A stretch of DNA of 64,000 bases from Limnochordia bacterium (GTDB lineage: Bacteria > Bacillota > Limnochordia > DTU080): assembly GCA_050951545.1 (NCBI GenBank), contig JBMNJG010000012.1, positions 1-64,000 of the forward strand, in the 5' to 3' direction. The translations under genes were made by a program, and so were the position numbers. The notes under the pieces were generated by a model. It searched no databases. It was not told where the DNA came from and saw nothing but the letters and a program-made list of their open reading frames with translations. Shown here piece by piece: positions 18,463 through 27,723 of this stretch (position 1 is the stretch's first letter; each line of letters begins with the position of its first letter).

Positions 18463-19112
18463 CGAGTTCTTCTCATACTGGGCCAGTCTACTCTGTGAGC
18501 GCTATTCACCGCAAGCGGCGGGATGTGTACGAGATAAGTCTCGATAACGGAAGGACATTCCTGTGTCCGGATGATGTTTTGGTTCGATGGCATTTGCGTA
18601 AGGGCAAGAAGCTGGATGAGTCTCAGCTCGGACGGCTTCTGGTGGAAGCAGAGGAAGTACTCGCAGTGCGAAGGGCCTTGACTATCGTGGCCAGAGCACC
18701 GCGATCTGAGCAAGAAGTGGCTCTACGGCTTCACCGTAGAGGTTTCAGTGCTTCGGCTATCTCCTTGGCGGTGGGACGGCTCCGAGAGCTGGGCTATATC
18801 GATGATCTTGCTTTCGCAAAACGTCTCGCCCGCGAACTCGATCAACGAGGTGATATGGGCTACTGGCGTCAAAGGCAGACGCTAGTGCAAAGGGGCTTCA
18901 GTTCTTCTGTCATCGGGGCTGCACTAAGCCCAGTAGGCGAGGATGTCGAGCGCGAGCGGGCTTTGGCCTTGGCTCGCAGACGTTCCGCCCCAGTCACTAA
19001 GGCGGAAGTCCGTCGTCTGGCGGCTTATCTGCAAAGACGCGGATTTGGCGAGAGAACTATCATGTGGTGCCTGCGACAGGTGGCGGCCGAGGTTGACATT
19101 GATCAGCAGTAA
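18459..19112 (+). CDS. recX: Regulatory protein RecX
   Basis: [25 protein letters not shown]; directly after recA. Confidence 0.88.
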   Translation: MTSSSHTGPVYSVSAIHRKRRDVYEISLDNGRTFLCPDDVLVRWHLRKGKKLDESQLGRLLVEAEEVLAVRRALTIVARAPRSEQEVALRLHRRGFSASAISLAVGRLRELGYIDDLAFAKRLARELDQRGDMGYWRQRQTLVQRGFSSSVIGAALSPVGEDVERERALALARRRSAPVTKAEVRRLAAYLQRRGFGERTIMWCLRQVAAEVDIDQQ

Positions 19113-19121
19113 AGCTACAAT
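19093..19121 (+). promoter_or_regulatory. Sigma-A promoter of rny, inside the 3' end of recX
   Basis: TTGACA-N17-TACAAT. Confidence 0.75.
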
Positions 19122-19127
19122 TGATGA

Positions 19128-19324
19128 CGGGCTTCTAGTCCCATATGCGGCAGCATGGTCCCGGGCATTTGAGCCTGGGTTGATGATAGAACGGCGCATG
19201 CCAACGGTCTGAGGTGAAGCCGAGTTCGTCTCGGCTTCTTTACAACCCGCGGCCCTTCCCGGCTTGTCTGCCGCGACTTTTTCACACTGAACACGGTGGA
19301 TGCAAGGGGAAGGGGGGGTGACGA
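19128..19324 (+). ncRNA. Candidate structured 5' leader of rny
   Basis: About 195 nt with hairpins CCCGGGC/GCCTGGG, GAAGCCGAG/CTCGGCTTC+TTTA (19216-19242) and CGCGGC/GCCGCG+ACTTTTT. Confidence 0.4.
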
Positions 19325-19339
19325 ATAGCACTCACATTA

Positions 19340-20860
19340 GTGATCTTTTTTTTCGTAGCAGCAGCTGCATTTGCTGGTGGCTACTTGGTTCGAAGAACAG
19401 TAGCCGAAGCCAAGCTAGAGTCTGCTGAAGCTGAGGCTAAGCGGATCGTGGAACGTGCTGCTCAGCAGGCTGAAGCCAAGAAGCGCGAGGCCCTTCTTGA
19501 GGCTAAAGAAGAGATTCATAAGATGCGCATGGATGGCGAGCGTGAGCTTCGAGATCGGCGTAACGAGCTAAATCAGTTCGAACGGCGTCTTCTAAGCAAG
19601 GAGGAAAGCTTAGACAAGAGATTCGAACAAGTCGAATCCAAGGAAACGGCGCTCGATCGGCAGAAGCAAAGCGTGGAAGCTGCGGAAGAGAAAGTGCAGA
19701 CGATGGCCTCTCAATGGCATCATGAGCTTGAGCAGCTAGCTGGTATGACTAGCGATGAGGCGCGGACTTACTTGCTCAAACGCACTGAGGATGAAGTGCG
19801 TCACGAGATGGCGATAAAGATCAAGGAGATCGAGACTGAGGCTCGCGAACAGGCCGAACGAAAGGCGCGGAACATCGTGTCGCTCGCCATTCAGCGATGT
19901 GCAGCCGACCACGTGGCCGAAAGTACTGTGTCCGTGGTCAACTTGCCCAGTGACGACATGAAGGGACGCATCATCGGTCGTGAAGGGCGTAATATTCGTA
20001 CGCTGGAGACGCTAACGGGCATTGATTTGATCATCGACGATACGCCCGAGGCCGTTATCCTTTCGGGCTTTGACCCGGTTCGACGAGAGATTGCACGCAT
20101 TGCGCTTGAGAAACTGGTTGCCGATGGTCGAATCCACCCGGCCCGTATCGAGGAGATGGTGGAGAAGGCCCAACGGGAAGTCGAGCAAACGATGCGTGAA
20201 GCAGGTGAGCAGGCCACCTTTGAGGCCGGGGTGAATGGTCTACACGCGGAATTGGTGAGATTGCTCGGACGCCTTCGGTTTCGCACCAGCTACGGTCAGA
20301 ACGTTCTCAGGCACAGCATTGAGGTGAGTCACCTGGCTGGCATCATGGCTGCTGAGTTGGGAGCTGACATTCAGCTTGCCAAGCGCGCAGGCCTGTTGCA
20401 TGATGTTGGCAAGGCGGTAGATCACGAGATGGAGGGGACCCACTTGGAGATCGGGCGCGAGCTGTTGCGCCGCTACAAGGAGCCCCGTGAAGTGATTCAT
20501 GCCATGGAAAGCCACCATGGCGATTACGAGCCAACATCGGTAGAGGCAGTGCTTGTGACGGCTTCCGATAGCATTTCGGCCGCTCGTCCTGGCGCACGCC
20601 GCGAGTCTCTGGAAAACTATATAAGGCGATTGGAGAAACTCGAGGCTATTGCTGACTCACTCGATGGAGTGGAGAAATCGTACGCAATACAGGCAGGACG
20701 CGAGATACGCATTATCGTCAAACCCGAACGAATTGATGACGCCACAGCCACTAAGCTGGCTCGTGACATGGTAAAACGCATTGAATCCGAGCTGGAGTAT
20801 CCGGGACAGATCAAAGTCACTGTAATCAGAGAGACCCGCGCGGTCGAGTATGCCAAGTGA
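19340..20860 (+). CDS. rny: Ribonuclease Y (start may be ATA at 19325)
   Basis: N-terminal TM helix, coiled coil, KH domain ([14 protein letters not shown]), HD domain (LLHDVGK), C-terminal [12 protein letters not shown]. Confidence 0.97.
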   Translation: MIFFFVAAAAFAGGYLVRRTVAEAKLESAEAEAKRIVERAAQQAEAKKREALLEAKEEIHKMRMDGERELRDRRNELNQFERRLLSKEESLDKRFEQVESKETALDRQKQSVEAAEEKVQTMASQWHHELEQLAGMTSDEARTYLLKRTEDEVRHEMAIKIKEIETEAREQAERKARNIVSLAIQRCAADHVAESTVSVVNLPSDDMKGRIIGREGRNIRTLETLTGIDLIIDDTPEAVILSGFDPVRREIARIALEKLVADGRIHPARIEEMVEKAQREVEQTMREAGEQATFEAGVNGLHAELVRLLGRLRFRTSYGQNVLRHSIEVSHLAGIMAAELGADIQLAKRAGLLHDVGKAVDHEMEGTHLEIGRELLRRYKEPREVIHAMESHHGDYEPTSVEAVLVTASDSISAARPGARRESLENYIRRLEKLEAIADSLDGVEKSYAIQAGREIRIIVKPERIDDATATKLARDMVKRIESELEYPGQIKVTVIRETRAVEYAK

Positions 20861-20881
20861 TATTGTGTAGATGTGAGGCGA

Positions 20882-20908
20882 GACGCTGTGCTCCTATAGC
20901 ACAGCGTC
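20882..20908 (+). terminator. Hairpin after rny
   Basis: GACGCTGTGCT/AGCACAGCGTC 11-bp stem with no U-tract. Confidence 0.4.
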
Positions 20909-20939
20909 AGCCGTGGATCCCGGATGGGGTGGGTATGCG

Positions 20940-21491
20940 ATGAAAGGCACCGGAGCCGTAGCTGAGTCCGCGCATGAAGGGCCCTCACTGCAGGCGACTC
21001 TCTTGATCTCCATCCTCTTACGTTTTCCTGAGATAGGTTCGGTTCGTTTCCTACCGGAAAATGGACGCATCGCGTTCACGTTTCTGCTTCGGCAGGCCAA
21101 GAGTAATATCTGCTTAGCGACTTTTGAGCGGTCAGTCTATGCCCATCTCGATGCGTTTTCTAGGATCAGTGCGAGCGAGACAGGCTTTGTTTCGGTCCAG
21201 TGCAAGACCTATGGAGCGCTATCAGTGGTGGAAGTGATCCGCGAGGTGTCAGCTTTTTCGCGCCAAGAGCTCTCGTTACTTATTTCATTGATCAGGGATT
21301 GTTTCGGAGATGCGCTTGTGGTTGAGACAAGTGAAGCATTACGCTTAGACGAGCAGATGGTGGAGGAGGAGCTGATCGACGACATCCTGGAGGATGTACG
21401 AGTGAGCGGTCCCTGGCGGGAACTCATGGGTTTTCGTGACGCTGGGCGCGTACTGGTTTTCAACAAGAATCGCCACAAAGTGCGGGAGTAG
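20940..21491 (+). CDS. Hypothetical protein between rny and spoVS
   Basis: Plausible ORF (LLISILLRFPEI...FRDAGRVLVFNK) in operon orientation. Confidence 0.7.
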   Translation: MKGTGAVAESAHEGPSLQATLLISILLRFPEIGSVRFLPENGRIAFTFLLRQAKSNICLATFERSVYAHLDAFSRISASETGFVSVQCKTYGALSVVEVIREVSAFSRQELSLLISLIRDCFGDALVVETSEALRLDEQMVEEELIDDILEDVRVSGPWRELMGFRDAGRVLVFNKNRHKVRE

Positions 21492-21504
21492 GAGGTCTTG
21501 CAGC

Positions 21505-21765
21505 ATGGAGGTTCTCAAGGTATCAGCGAAGTCGAACCCGAATTCGGTGGCAGGAGCCGTGGCAGGAGTGCTGCGTGAGCGAAGCACAGTAGAGCTACAG
21601 GCAATCGGTGCCGGGGCCATTAACCAGGCAGTGAAGGCGATAGCGATTGCGAGGGGGTTCATGGCTCCCGGCGGAGTGGATCTTGTGTGCATTCCTGCGT
21701 TCGTCGATGTGATGATTGGCGAGGAAGAAAGAACGGCCATCAAGTTTATCGTTCAGTCGCGCTAA
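21505..21765 (+). CDS. spoVS: Stage V sporulation protein S
   Basis: MEVLKVSAKSNPNSVAGA...QAIGAGAINQAVKAIAIARG; AGGAGG RBS. Confidence 0.96.
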   Translation: MEVLKVSAKSNPNSVAGAVAGVLRERSTVELQAIGAGAINQAVKAIAIARGFMAPGGVDLVCIPAFVDVMIGEEERTAIKFIVQSR

Positions 21766-21821
21766 GTGCGTTTTCATTGGCGGCTGAAATATCGCAATAA
21801 TGCCCATGACAGGGGATAAAC

Positions 21822-22793
21822 ATGGAAAGGAACAGAGGTTCACGCTGGGTTGCCGACTTCCATTGCGACACTCTGTTTGAGACTATGCGGCATGGAGGTG
21901 ACCTCCGAAGTCGTCCTCAGGGGCAGCTAGATGTGGAACGTCTGGAGGCGGCGGGGGTAGATCTGCAGGTGTTTGCAGTGTTTTCGCATCCCGCGTCGCC
22001 TCGAGACTCGCTCCACGATGCATTGCTCATGGTTGAGGTTTTCTGGCAGGCCGTCGATCAAGGGCTGTTACGTCCAGTGCTTTGGCGCGAGGATATGCAA
22101 GAGACAGCGGCTCCAGTACGTGGAATGCTATCGATGGAGGGCGCTGAGCCGCTGCAGGGCGATGTGGATCTGCTGCGGCTTTTCTTCCGCCTGGGAGTGA
22201 GAGCGCTAGGTCTGACGTGGAACGGGCGCAATGCTTTGGCTGACGGCGTTGACGACGCCATTACTGGCGGTGGACTTACCGTTGCTGGGCGACGCGTCGT
22301 GGCAGAGATGAATCGCTTGGGGATGCTGGTGGATGTCTCTCATCTGTCTGAGGGTGGTTTCTGGGATGTCGTCTCCGAATGCAGGGGGCCATTCATCGCC
22401 TCTCACTCCAATGCCAGAGCCATCTGTCCTCATCGACGCAACCTATCGGACGCGCAACTATGCGCGGTGGCGGCTAGTGGCGGCGTGGTCGGCATCAACT
22501 TTTGCCCTCCATTCCTGACGGCCACTGGTCAGGCAGGCATCAGCGATATCCTAGAACATGCCGAGCATATGCTCTCTGTGATGGGGCGGGGCCACGTAGG
22601 TCTGGGCTCTGATTTCGACGGCGTCAGACAGCTACCTGAAGGCATTATGGGCGTCGAAGCCTTGCCTGCGCTAGCCCAAGCTTTTGAGAAGGAATTCGGG
22701 AGTGAAGTGGCAGCAGAGCTTATGGGTGGGAGCTTCACAGAGCTCTTGGCCATAGTTTTGCCCGCTGCTCCCCAAGGAGTCCCAGATCGATAG
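21822..22793 (+). CDS. Membrane dipeptidase family (M19)
   Basis: DFHCD, SMEG, LTWN, DVSH, ASHSN, GSDFDG. Confidence 0.9.
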   Translation: MERNRGSRWVADFHCDTLFETMRHGGDLRSRPQGQLDVERLEAAGVDLQVFAVFSHPASPRDSLHDALLMVEVFWQAVDQGLLRPVLWREDMQETAAPVRGMLSMEGAEPLQGDVDLLRLFFRLGVRALGLTWNGRNALADGVDDAITGGGLTVAGRRVVAEMNRLGMLVDVSHLSEGGFWDVVSECRGPFIASHSNARAICPHRRNLSDAQLCAVAASGGVVGINFCPPFLTATGQAGISDILEHAEHMLSVMGRGHVGLGSDFDGVRQLPEGIMGVEALPALAQAFEKEFGSEVAAELMGGSFTELLAIVLPAAPQGVPDR

Positions 22794-22817
22794 ACATGAG
22801 TATGAGAGGGCATACTA
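22788..22817 (+). promoter_or_regulatory. Forespore sigma-F/G-like promoter before dodecin
   Basis: CGATA-N15-GGGCATACTA; the -10 matches the consensus, the -35 is imperfect. Confidence 0.4.
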
Positions 22818-22859
22818 CCCCTGAATGTAAACGGAAGGAGTCTATTAGGGGGTTTGCTC

Positions 22860-23066
22860 ATGTCTGTTATCAAGGTCATCGAACTGGTGGGGCAGTCCCA
22901 GACTTCGTGGGATGATGCGGTGCGACAGGCGATCAAAGAGGCTGCGAAGACAGTCCGCAACATCCGAGGTGTCGAGGTGCTCAACTGGACGGGCCAGGTG
23001 GACGACAAAGGCGATATTGTATGCTACAAGGCCGACGTGCATCTGGCGTTTGAGGTGGAGCGGTGA
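22860..23066 (+). CDS. Dodecin family protein
   Basis: KVIELVGQSQTSWDDAVRQAIKEAAKTVRNI...LAFEVE. Confidence 0.9.
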   Translation: MSVIKVIELVGQSQTSWDDAVRQAIKEAAKTVRNIRGVEVLNWTGQVDDKGDIVCYKADVHLAFEVER

Positions 23067-23146
23067 TGGGCTAGGTATACTGGCCAGGCGAGGGGGTACA
23101 ATATGGGCATCAAGCTCCGGATAGCTTGGGCTGGAGGTGAGTACCC

Positions 23147-23479
23147 GTGGACTGGCTAGGAGCGATTGTGCGATTTGTCGTGTCGGCCCTGGTCCTCATG
23201 TTTGTCGGGTTGATTGTGCCGGGATTTCAGATCATGGGCTTCTGGAATGCACTGCTGGCTGCCCTGGTCATCGCCGCAGTTGGGTGGGTGATCGAGGCGA
23301 CGATGGGTAAAGGTGTGTCGCCATATGGCAGAGGCGTGATCGGATTTCTCGTTTCAGCAGTGGTCATTTGGGCGACGCAGTTCGTTGTGCCAAACATGCA
23401 GGTGGGAGTGTTAGGAGCCCTTCTAGCAGCCTTCGTGATAGGCATCATTGACATCTTCGTCCCGACAACTGTGCGGTAG
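23147..23479 (+). CDS. YvlD-like 4-TM holin-family membrane protein
   Basis: Four TM segments, FWNALLAALVI; GGAGGTG RBS. Confidence 0.8.
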   Translation: MDWLGAIVRFVVSALVLMFVGLIVPGFQIMGFWNALLAALVIAAVGWVIEATMGKGVSPYGRGVIGFLVSAVVIWATQFVVPNMQVGVLGALLAAFVIGIIDIFVPTTVR

Positions 23480-23490
23480 TGCTCGGCATC

Positions 23491-23520
23491 AAGCCCAGGC
23501 CTGGAGAGGGCCTGGGTTTT
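23491..23520 (+). terminator. Intrinsic terminator
   Basis: AAGCCCAGGCC...GGCCTGGGTTTT. Confidence 0.65.
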
Positions 23521-23563
23521 GCCTTGGCAAGGAGTGATGCTAGCACAACAGGAGGTTAGGTGC

Positions 23564-25009
23564 GTGCAGCTCAGTCGAAAACTGCTCCACAATCTGGACT
23601 TCCTCCAGGCCCAGCTGGGTGTCGGCGTTACCTTTGATGTCGTTGTTCGCGAGTTCAGCATAGGCGGCAAGGATGCGGCGATGGTGTTTCTCGATGGTTT
23701 CATTAAGGACACTCTAGCTGCGGACATCATGAGGCGACTGCAGCAAGTGCAGCGAGCTGAGATCGTGCCCAGAGTCGTGGGGAAACTGGTGGCAGAGCAG
23801 ATCGCTCATATTGAAGTAGAGGTAGTTGCCTCAACCGAGGATCTTGTCGAGCAGGTGTTAGCGGGACAACTAGGTCTGCTGATTGATGGCGAGACAACTG
23901 CGGTCGTTATTGACGTTCGTACATACCCAAGCCGTAGCATTGAAGAGCCTGATCTGGAGCGGGTCACTCGAGGATCTCGGGACGGCTTTGTGGAGACCCT
24001 GGTCTTTAACACGGCACTGATCCGCCGTCGAGTACGCGATTCAGGGCTGCGGTTTGAGATGCTGAAGGTAGGAGCTCGCTCCAAGACCGATGTGGTCATC
24101 GCATATATCAGTGACCTGGCAGATGCACAGCGTGTCAGTCTACTGAAAGCACGCATCCAAGCCACTAAGGTGGATGCTCTTGTCATGGGAGCCAAGAGCC
24201 TTGAGGAGCTTCTTTTTCCCAGGTCGCTCAACCCACTGCCCCAGGTGCGCTTTACCGAAAGACCTGACGTGGTGGCGGCTCATCTCTATGAGGGCCATAT
24301 CATTATACTCACCGACACTACACCAATGGCCATGATAGTCCCCGTTACACTCTTTCATTTCACGCAACACGCCGAGGAGTACCTCCAGGCACCTGCAGTC
24401 GGGACTTACTTGCGCTGGGTGCGTTCGCTGGCGCTATTCCTGGCGCTCTTTCTGACTCCACTGTGGCTGGCCCTATTCCAGCAGAAGCAGTCTTTGCCGC
24501 AGTTCCTGCATTTTATCGGGCCAAGACAGAGCTCGACAGTACCTGTGGCCTTGCAGTTTCTCATCCTAGAGGTGGGGCTGGATCTCATACGTATGGCTCT
24601 TATCCATACACCCGGCTCTCTCGCCACTTCGTTGGGTATCGTTGGAGCGATTCTTTTGGGTGACCTCGCAGTACAAGTCGGGTTATTCGTACCTGAAACC
24701 ATCTTGTACACAGCTGTGGTGGCCATCTGTTCCTTCGCCATACCGAGCATCGAGTTTTCCTTGGCCATACGGTTGTTTCGCTATTTCCTACTTCTGGCCG
24801 CTGCGTTTTTCCGGCTTCCTGGGTTGCTTGTGGGGTCTGTCGTTGTCCTGGTTTTCATCGCTCAAACGAACTCACTGGGCGTACCTTACATGTGGCCCCT
24901 TCTGCCTCTTGCGAGCGGGCCTCTCTTGCGACTCGTCATCCGCTACCCAGTGCCTCAGGTGCGCTATCGCCCGATCTTCGCCGGAGGGAAAGATAAAGAC
25001 GTGAGATGA
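23564..25009 (+). CDS. spoVAF: SpoVAF / GerA-family spore protein
   Basis: EEPDLERVTRGSRDGFVE, NTALIRRR, TERPD, LATSLGIVGAILLG; directly upstream of lysA as in Bacillus. Confidence 0.85.
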   Translation: MQLSRKLLHNLDFLQAQLGVGVTFDVVVREFSIGGKDAAMVFLDGFIKDTLAADIMRRLQQVQRAEIVPRVVGKLVAEQIAHIEVEVVASTEDLVEQVLAGQLGLLIDGETTAVVIDVRTYPSRSIEEPDLERVTRGSRDGFVETLVFNTALIRRRVRDSGLRFEMLKVGARSKTDVVIAYISDLADAQRVSLLKARIQATKVDALVMGAKSLEELLFPRSLNPLPQVRFTERPDVVAAHLYEGHIIILTDTTPMAMIVPVTLFHFTQHAEEYLQAPAVGTYLRWVRSLALFLALFLTPLWLALFQQKQSLPQFLHFIGPRQSSTVPVALQFLILEVGLDLIRMALIHTPGSLATSLGIVGAILLGDLAVQVGLFVPETILYTAVVAICSFAIPSIEFSLAIRLFRYFLLLAAAFFRLPGLLVGSVVVLVFIAQTNSLGVPYMWPLLPLASGPLLRLVIRYPVPQVRYRPIFAGGKDKDVR

Positions 25010-25018
25010 TGCAAGGCA

Positions 25019-25047
25019 TTGATCCCTAACGAGCGCTGTGCTAGGAT
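25019..25047 (+). promoter_or_regulatory. Sigma-A-like promoter of lysA
   Basis: TTGATC-N17-TAGGAT with an extended TG. Confidence 0.5.
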
Positions 25048-25085
25048 GAGAAGCACAGCCTCTTGCCTACTTTGGGGGGAACGTC

Positions 25086-26447
25086 TTGCATCTGCGAGGA
25101 AGCATGTGTATTAACGACAGCGGGCACCTTGAGATCGGTGGATGTGATACCGTCGATCTGGCTCGTCAGTTTGGTACCCCGTTATATGTCTTCGACGAAC
25201 AGGAAATCCGCACTCGTTGTCGCGCCTATATTGGTGGGCTCCGCCGTCACTATCCTCATGGTAGCATCATCTATGCTGGCAAGGCTTTTCTTACCCAAGC
25301 GGTATGTCGGATCATCGAGGAGGAGGGCCTGTGTCTCGATGTGGTATCGGGGGGAGAGCTCTTTACGGCGCTCTCGGCTGGCTTCCCTCCCGAACGCATC
25401 TTCTTCCATGGCAATAACAAGTCCCTTGATGAGATAGCCTGTGGTATCAAAGTGGGAGTGCATCGCTTTGTGGTTGACAACCTCTATGAGTTAGAGATGC
25501 TCGAAACGGAGGCGGCAAGAGAGCAGACGACGGCCAACGTGCTGTTGCGAATCGCGCCGGGCGTCGAGGCGCATACGCATTCCTATTTGCGTACGGGGCA
25601 GGTCGACTCGAAGTTTGGCTTTGGCCTTGAAGATGGGCGAGCTCTAGAGGCGATCGAGGTCATACTGCAAAGCCCCCATTTGCGACTGTTAGGGCTTCAC
25701 GCTCACATTGGTTCGCAGATTTTTGAAGTAGAGTCCTATCGGCTGACGACGCGCATCATGGTGAGTTTCATCGGCCACCTACGCAGTAGTCTTGGGGTAA
25801 GTATCGAGGAGCTCAACCTGGGAGGCGGTCTGGGTATTCGTTACTCCGAAGGTGATGCTCCCTTTACCATAGAGACACTCGTGGAGGCGCTTGCTGCCAC
25901 GCTTTCCGCAGAATGTCACAGCAGAGGTTTGCCCCTGCCGCGGCTGCTTTTGGAGCCAGGTAGGTCCATTGTGGGTGAGGCGGGTACCACCTTATACACC
26001 ATCGGCGGATCAAAAGAGATTCCTGGTGTACGCAAGTATGTGTTTGTGGATGGTGGGATGGCTGACAACCCTCGGGTCGCTCTCTACCAGGCCGAGTACG
26101 AAGCGATCGTTGCCAACAAGGCGCGGCAGTTGCCAAGTGAGCTGGTCACTATTGCTGGAAAGTGTTGTGAATCAGGGGATATTCTTATATGGGATGTTGA
26201 GTTGCCTCCAAGCGAACCAGGTGATATTCTTGCGGTTTTGTCCACTGGCGCGTATAACTACAGCATGGCCAGCAACTACAATCGCCTAACCCGTCCAGCA
26301 GCGGTTCTCGTCTATGACGGAGAGGCTGATCTCATCGTACGCCGCGAGACTCTCTGTGATCTGATTAGGCAAGACTGCATTCCTCGCCGACTACGCCGCC
26401 AGGCGACCAACTGCCATGAGCTATCAGGTACGAATATCCGTATTTGA
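25086..26447 (+). CDS. lysA: Diaminopimelate decarboxylase
   Basis: YAGKAF (PLP lysine), HIGSQ, EPGRS, CESGD, GAYNYSMASNYN. Confidence 0.95.
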   Translation: MHLRGSMCINDSGHLEIGGCDTVDLARQFGTPLYVFDEQEIRTRCRAYIGGLRRHYPHGSIIYAGKAFLTQAVCRIIEEEGLCLDVVSGGELFTALSAGFPPERIFFHGNNKSLDEIACGIKVGVHRFVVDNLYELEMLETEAAREQTTANVLLRIAPGVEAHTHSYLRTGQVDSKFGFGLEDGRALEAIEVILQSPHLRLLGLHAHIGSQIFEVESYRLTTRIMVSFIGHLRSSLGVSIEELNLGGGLGIRYSEGDAPFTIETLVEALAATLSAECHSRGLPLPRLLLEPGRSIVGEAGTTLYTIGGSKEIPGVRKYVFVDGGMADNPRVALYQAEYEAIVANKARQLPSELVTIAGKCCESGDILIWDVELPPSEPGDILAVLSTGAYNYSMASNYNRLTRPAAVLVYDGEADLIVRRETLCDLIRQDCIPRRLRRQATNCHELSGTNIRI

Positions 26448-27156
26448 GGGACCCTTCGACCTGCTCTTCCACCTCATCGAGCAGGAAGAGGTGGAGATCT
26501 GGGATATTCCTGTCGCTCGCATCACCGAGCAGTATCTGGAGTATCTAGCAGCCATAGATGAGCTGGATCTCGAGTCGGCGGGTGAGTATCTTGTCATGGC
26601 AGCTACACTTCTGGCCATCAAGGCGCGCCTGCTCCTGCCTACACCCCTTTCGGAATCAGAAGAGGAGTGTGAGGGGGTTGATCCGCGCCTCGAACTCGTC
26701 AGTCGTCTCCTCGAGTATCGCCGGTACCGTGAGGCGGCTGCCGCGCTTGCCGATCTCGCCGTCGGCCGAGACCTCTTGCATCCTCGGGGCCGGACGCAGT
26801 ACTCGGACTGGAGTCAGCCTCGTTTTCCTCGCCCTGTTGGTGAAGCGACAGTAGACGATTTGCAGCGAGCGATGCGTGAAGTGCTCAATGCCTACCAGCC
26901 ACCGCCTCCGACGGTTGCTATTCCGCGTCGTGTAGTAACCATTGAGGGATGCATTAGGGATATCGAGCAAGCCGTTCAAGCCAAGCCTTTTTGCTCGTTT
27001 CGACATCTATTACCCGCGACGCCCACGCGTCAGGATGTGGTGGTTACCTTTTTGGCTCTTCTAGAGCTTATTCACAGGGGGTTGCTCAGTGCGGAGCAAT
27101 CTGAGATTTTCGGCCCCATAGAGATCTCTCGGAAACAAGGTGAAGGACATGCCTGA
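26416..27156 (+). CDS. scpA: Segregation and condensation protein A
   Basis: FEGPFDLL, EYLVMAATL, KARLLLP, FLALLEL. Confidence 0.93.
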   Translation: MSYQVRISVFEGPFDLLFHLIEQEEVEIWDIPVARITEQYLEYLAAIDELDLESAGEYLVMAATLLAIKARLLLPTPLSESEEECEGVDPRLELVSRLLEYRRYREAAAALADLAVGRDLLHPRGRTQYSDWSQPRFPRPVGEATVDDLQRAMREVLNAYQPPPPTVAIPRRVVTIEGCIRDIEQAVQAKPFCSFRHLLPATPTRQDVVVTFLALLELIHRGLLSAEQSEIFGPIEISRKQGEGHA

Positions 27157-27688
27157 AGCGCATGTGTTGGCTGGCTTAGAGGCATTGCTCTTTGCTAGTA
27201 GTGAGCCAGTGCTCGTCAAGGAGTTAGCGCGGGTGCTCGGCATGGAAGTTCCCGCGGTAGAGAGAGCTTTGGAGATCCTGCGTCTCGAGTACTCAGACCC
27301 CAAGAGGGGCTTCACACTCGACGAAGTAGCGGGAGGTGTGCGCCTGGTCAGCAAGCCCGACCATGGGCATCTCGTTTCCGAGCTGCTGAGGCCCGTGCGT
27401 AGCACTGGCTTGTCGCAGGCTGCGCTTGAGACCATGGCCATAGTCGCCTACAAACAGCCAGTCACACGCTTGGACATAGAGGCCATACGTGGTGTGCGAG
27501 CTGAGTCTGCGCTAAGTTCGCTCTTGGAGAGGGATCTTGTGCAGGAGGCTGGGCGTAAAGAGGCTCCTGGTCGGCCCATTCTGTACAAGACCACGACACG
27601 TTTTCTTGTGGAGTTTGGGTTAGGCAGTTTAGGCGACTTGCCTCCTCTCGAGGACCCAGACTCTACTGCACATCCCTCCGATTCGTAG
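27149..27688 (+). CDS. scpB: Segregation and condensation protein B
   Basis: EALLF, LSQAALETMAIVAYKQPVTR, IRGV, GRPILY. Confidence 0.95.
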   Translation: MPEAHVLAGLEALLFASSEPVLVKELARVLGMEVPAVERALEILRLEYSDPKRGFTLDEVAGGVRLVSKPDHGHLVSELLRPVRSTGLSQAALETMAIVAYKQPVTRLDIEAIRGVRAESALSSLLERDLVQEAGRKEAPGRPILYKTTTRFLVEFGLGSLGDLPPLEDPDSTAHPSDS

Positions 27689-27723
27689 AGCATGGCCGAC
27701 TGGGGCATTCTACCATTCGGGAG

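Noticed and set aside
23147-23479. Holin-like gene as evidence of a prophage
   Set aside because: YvlD-type proteins are common chromosomal genes and there are no phage genes nearby
25010-25085. Lysine riboswitch before lysA, or T-boxes before argS and hom
   Set aside because: The leaders are far too short and lack the conserved motifs
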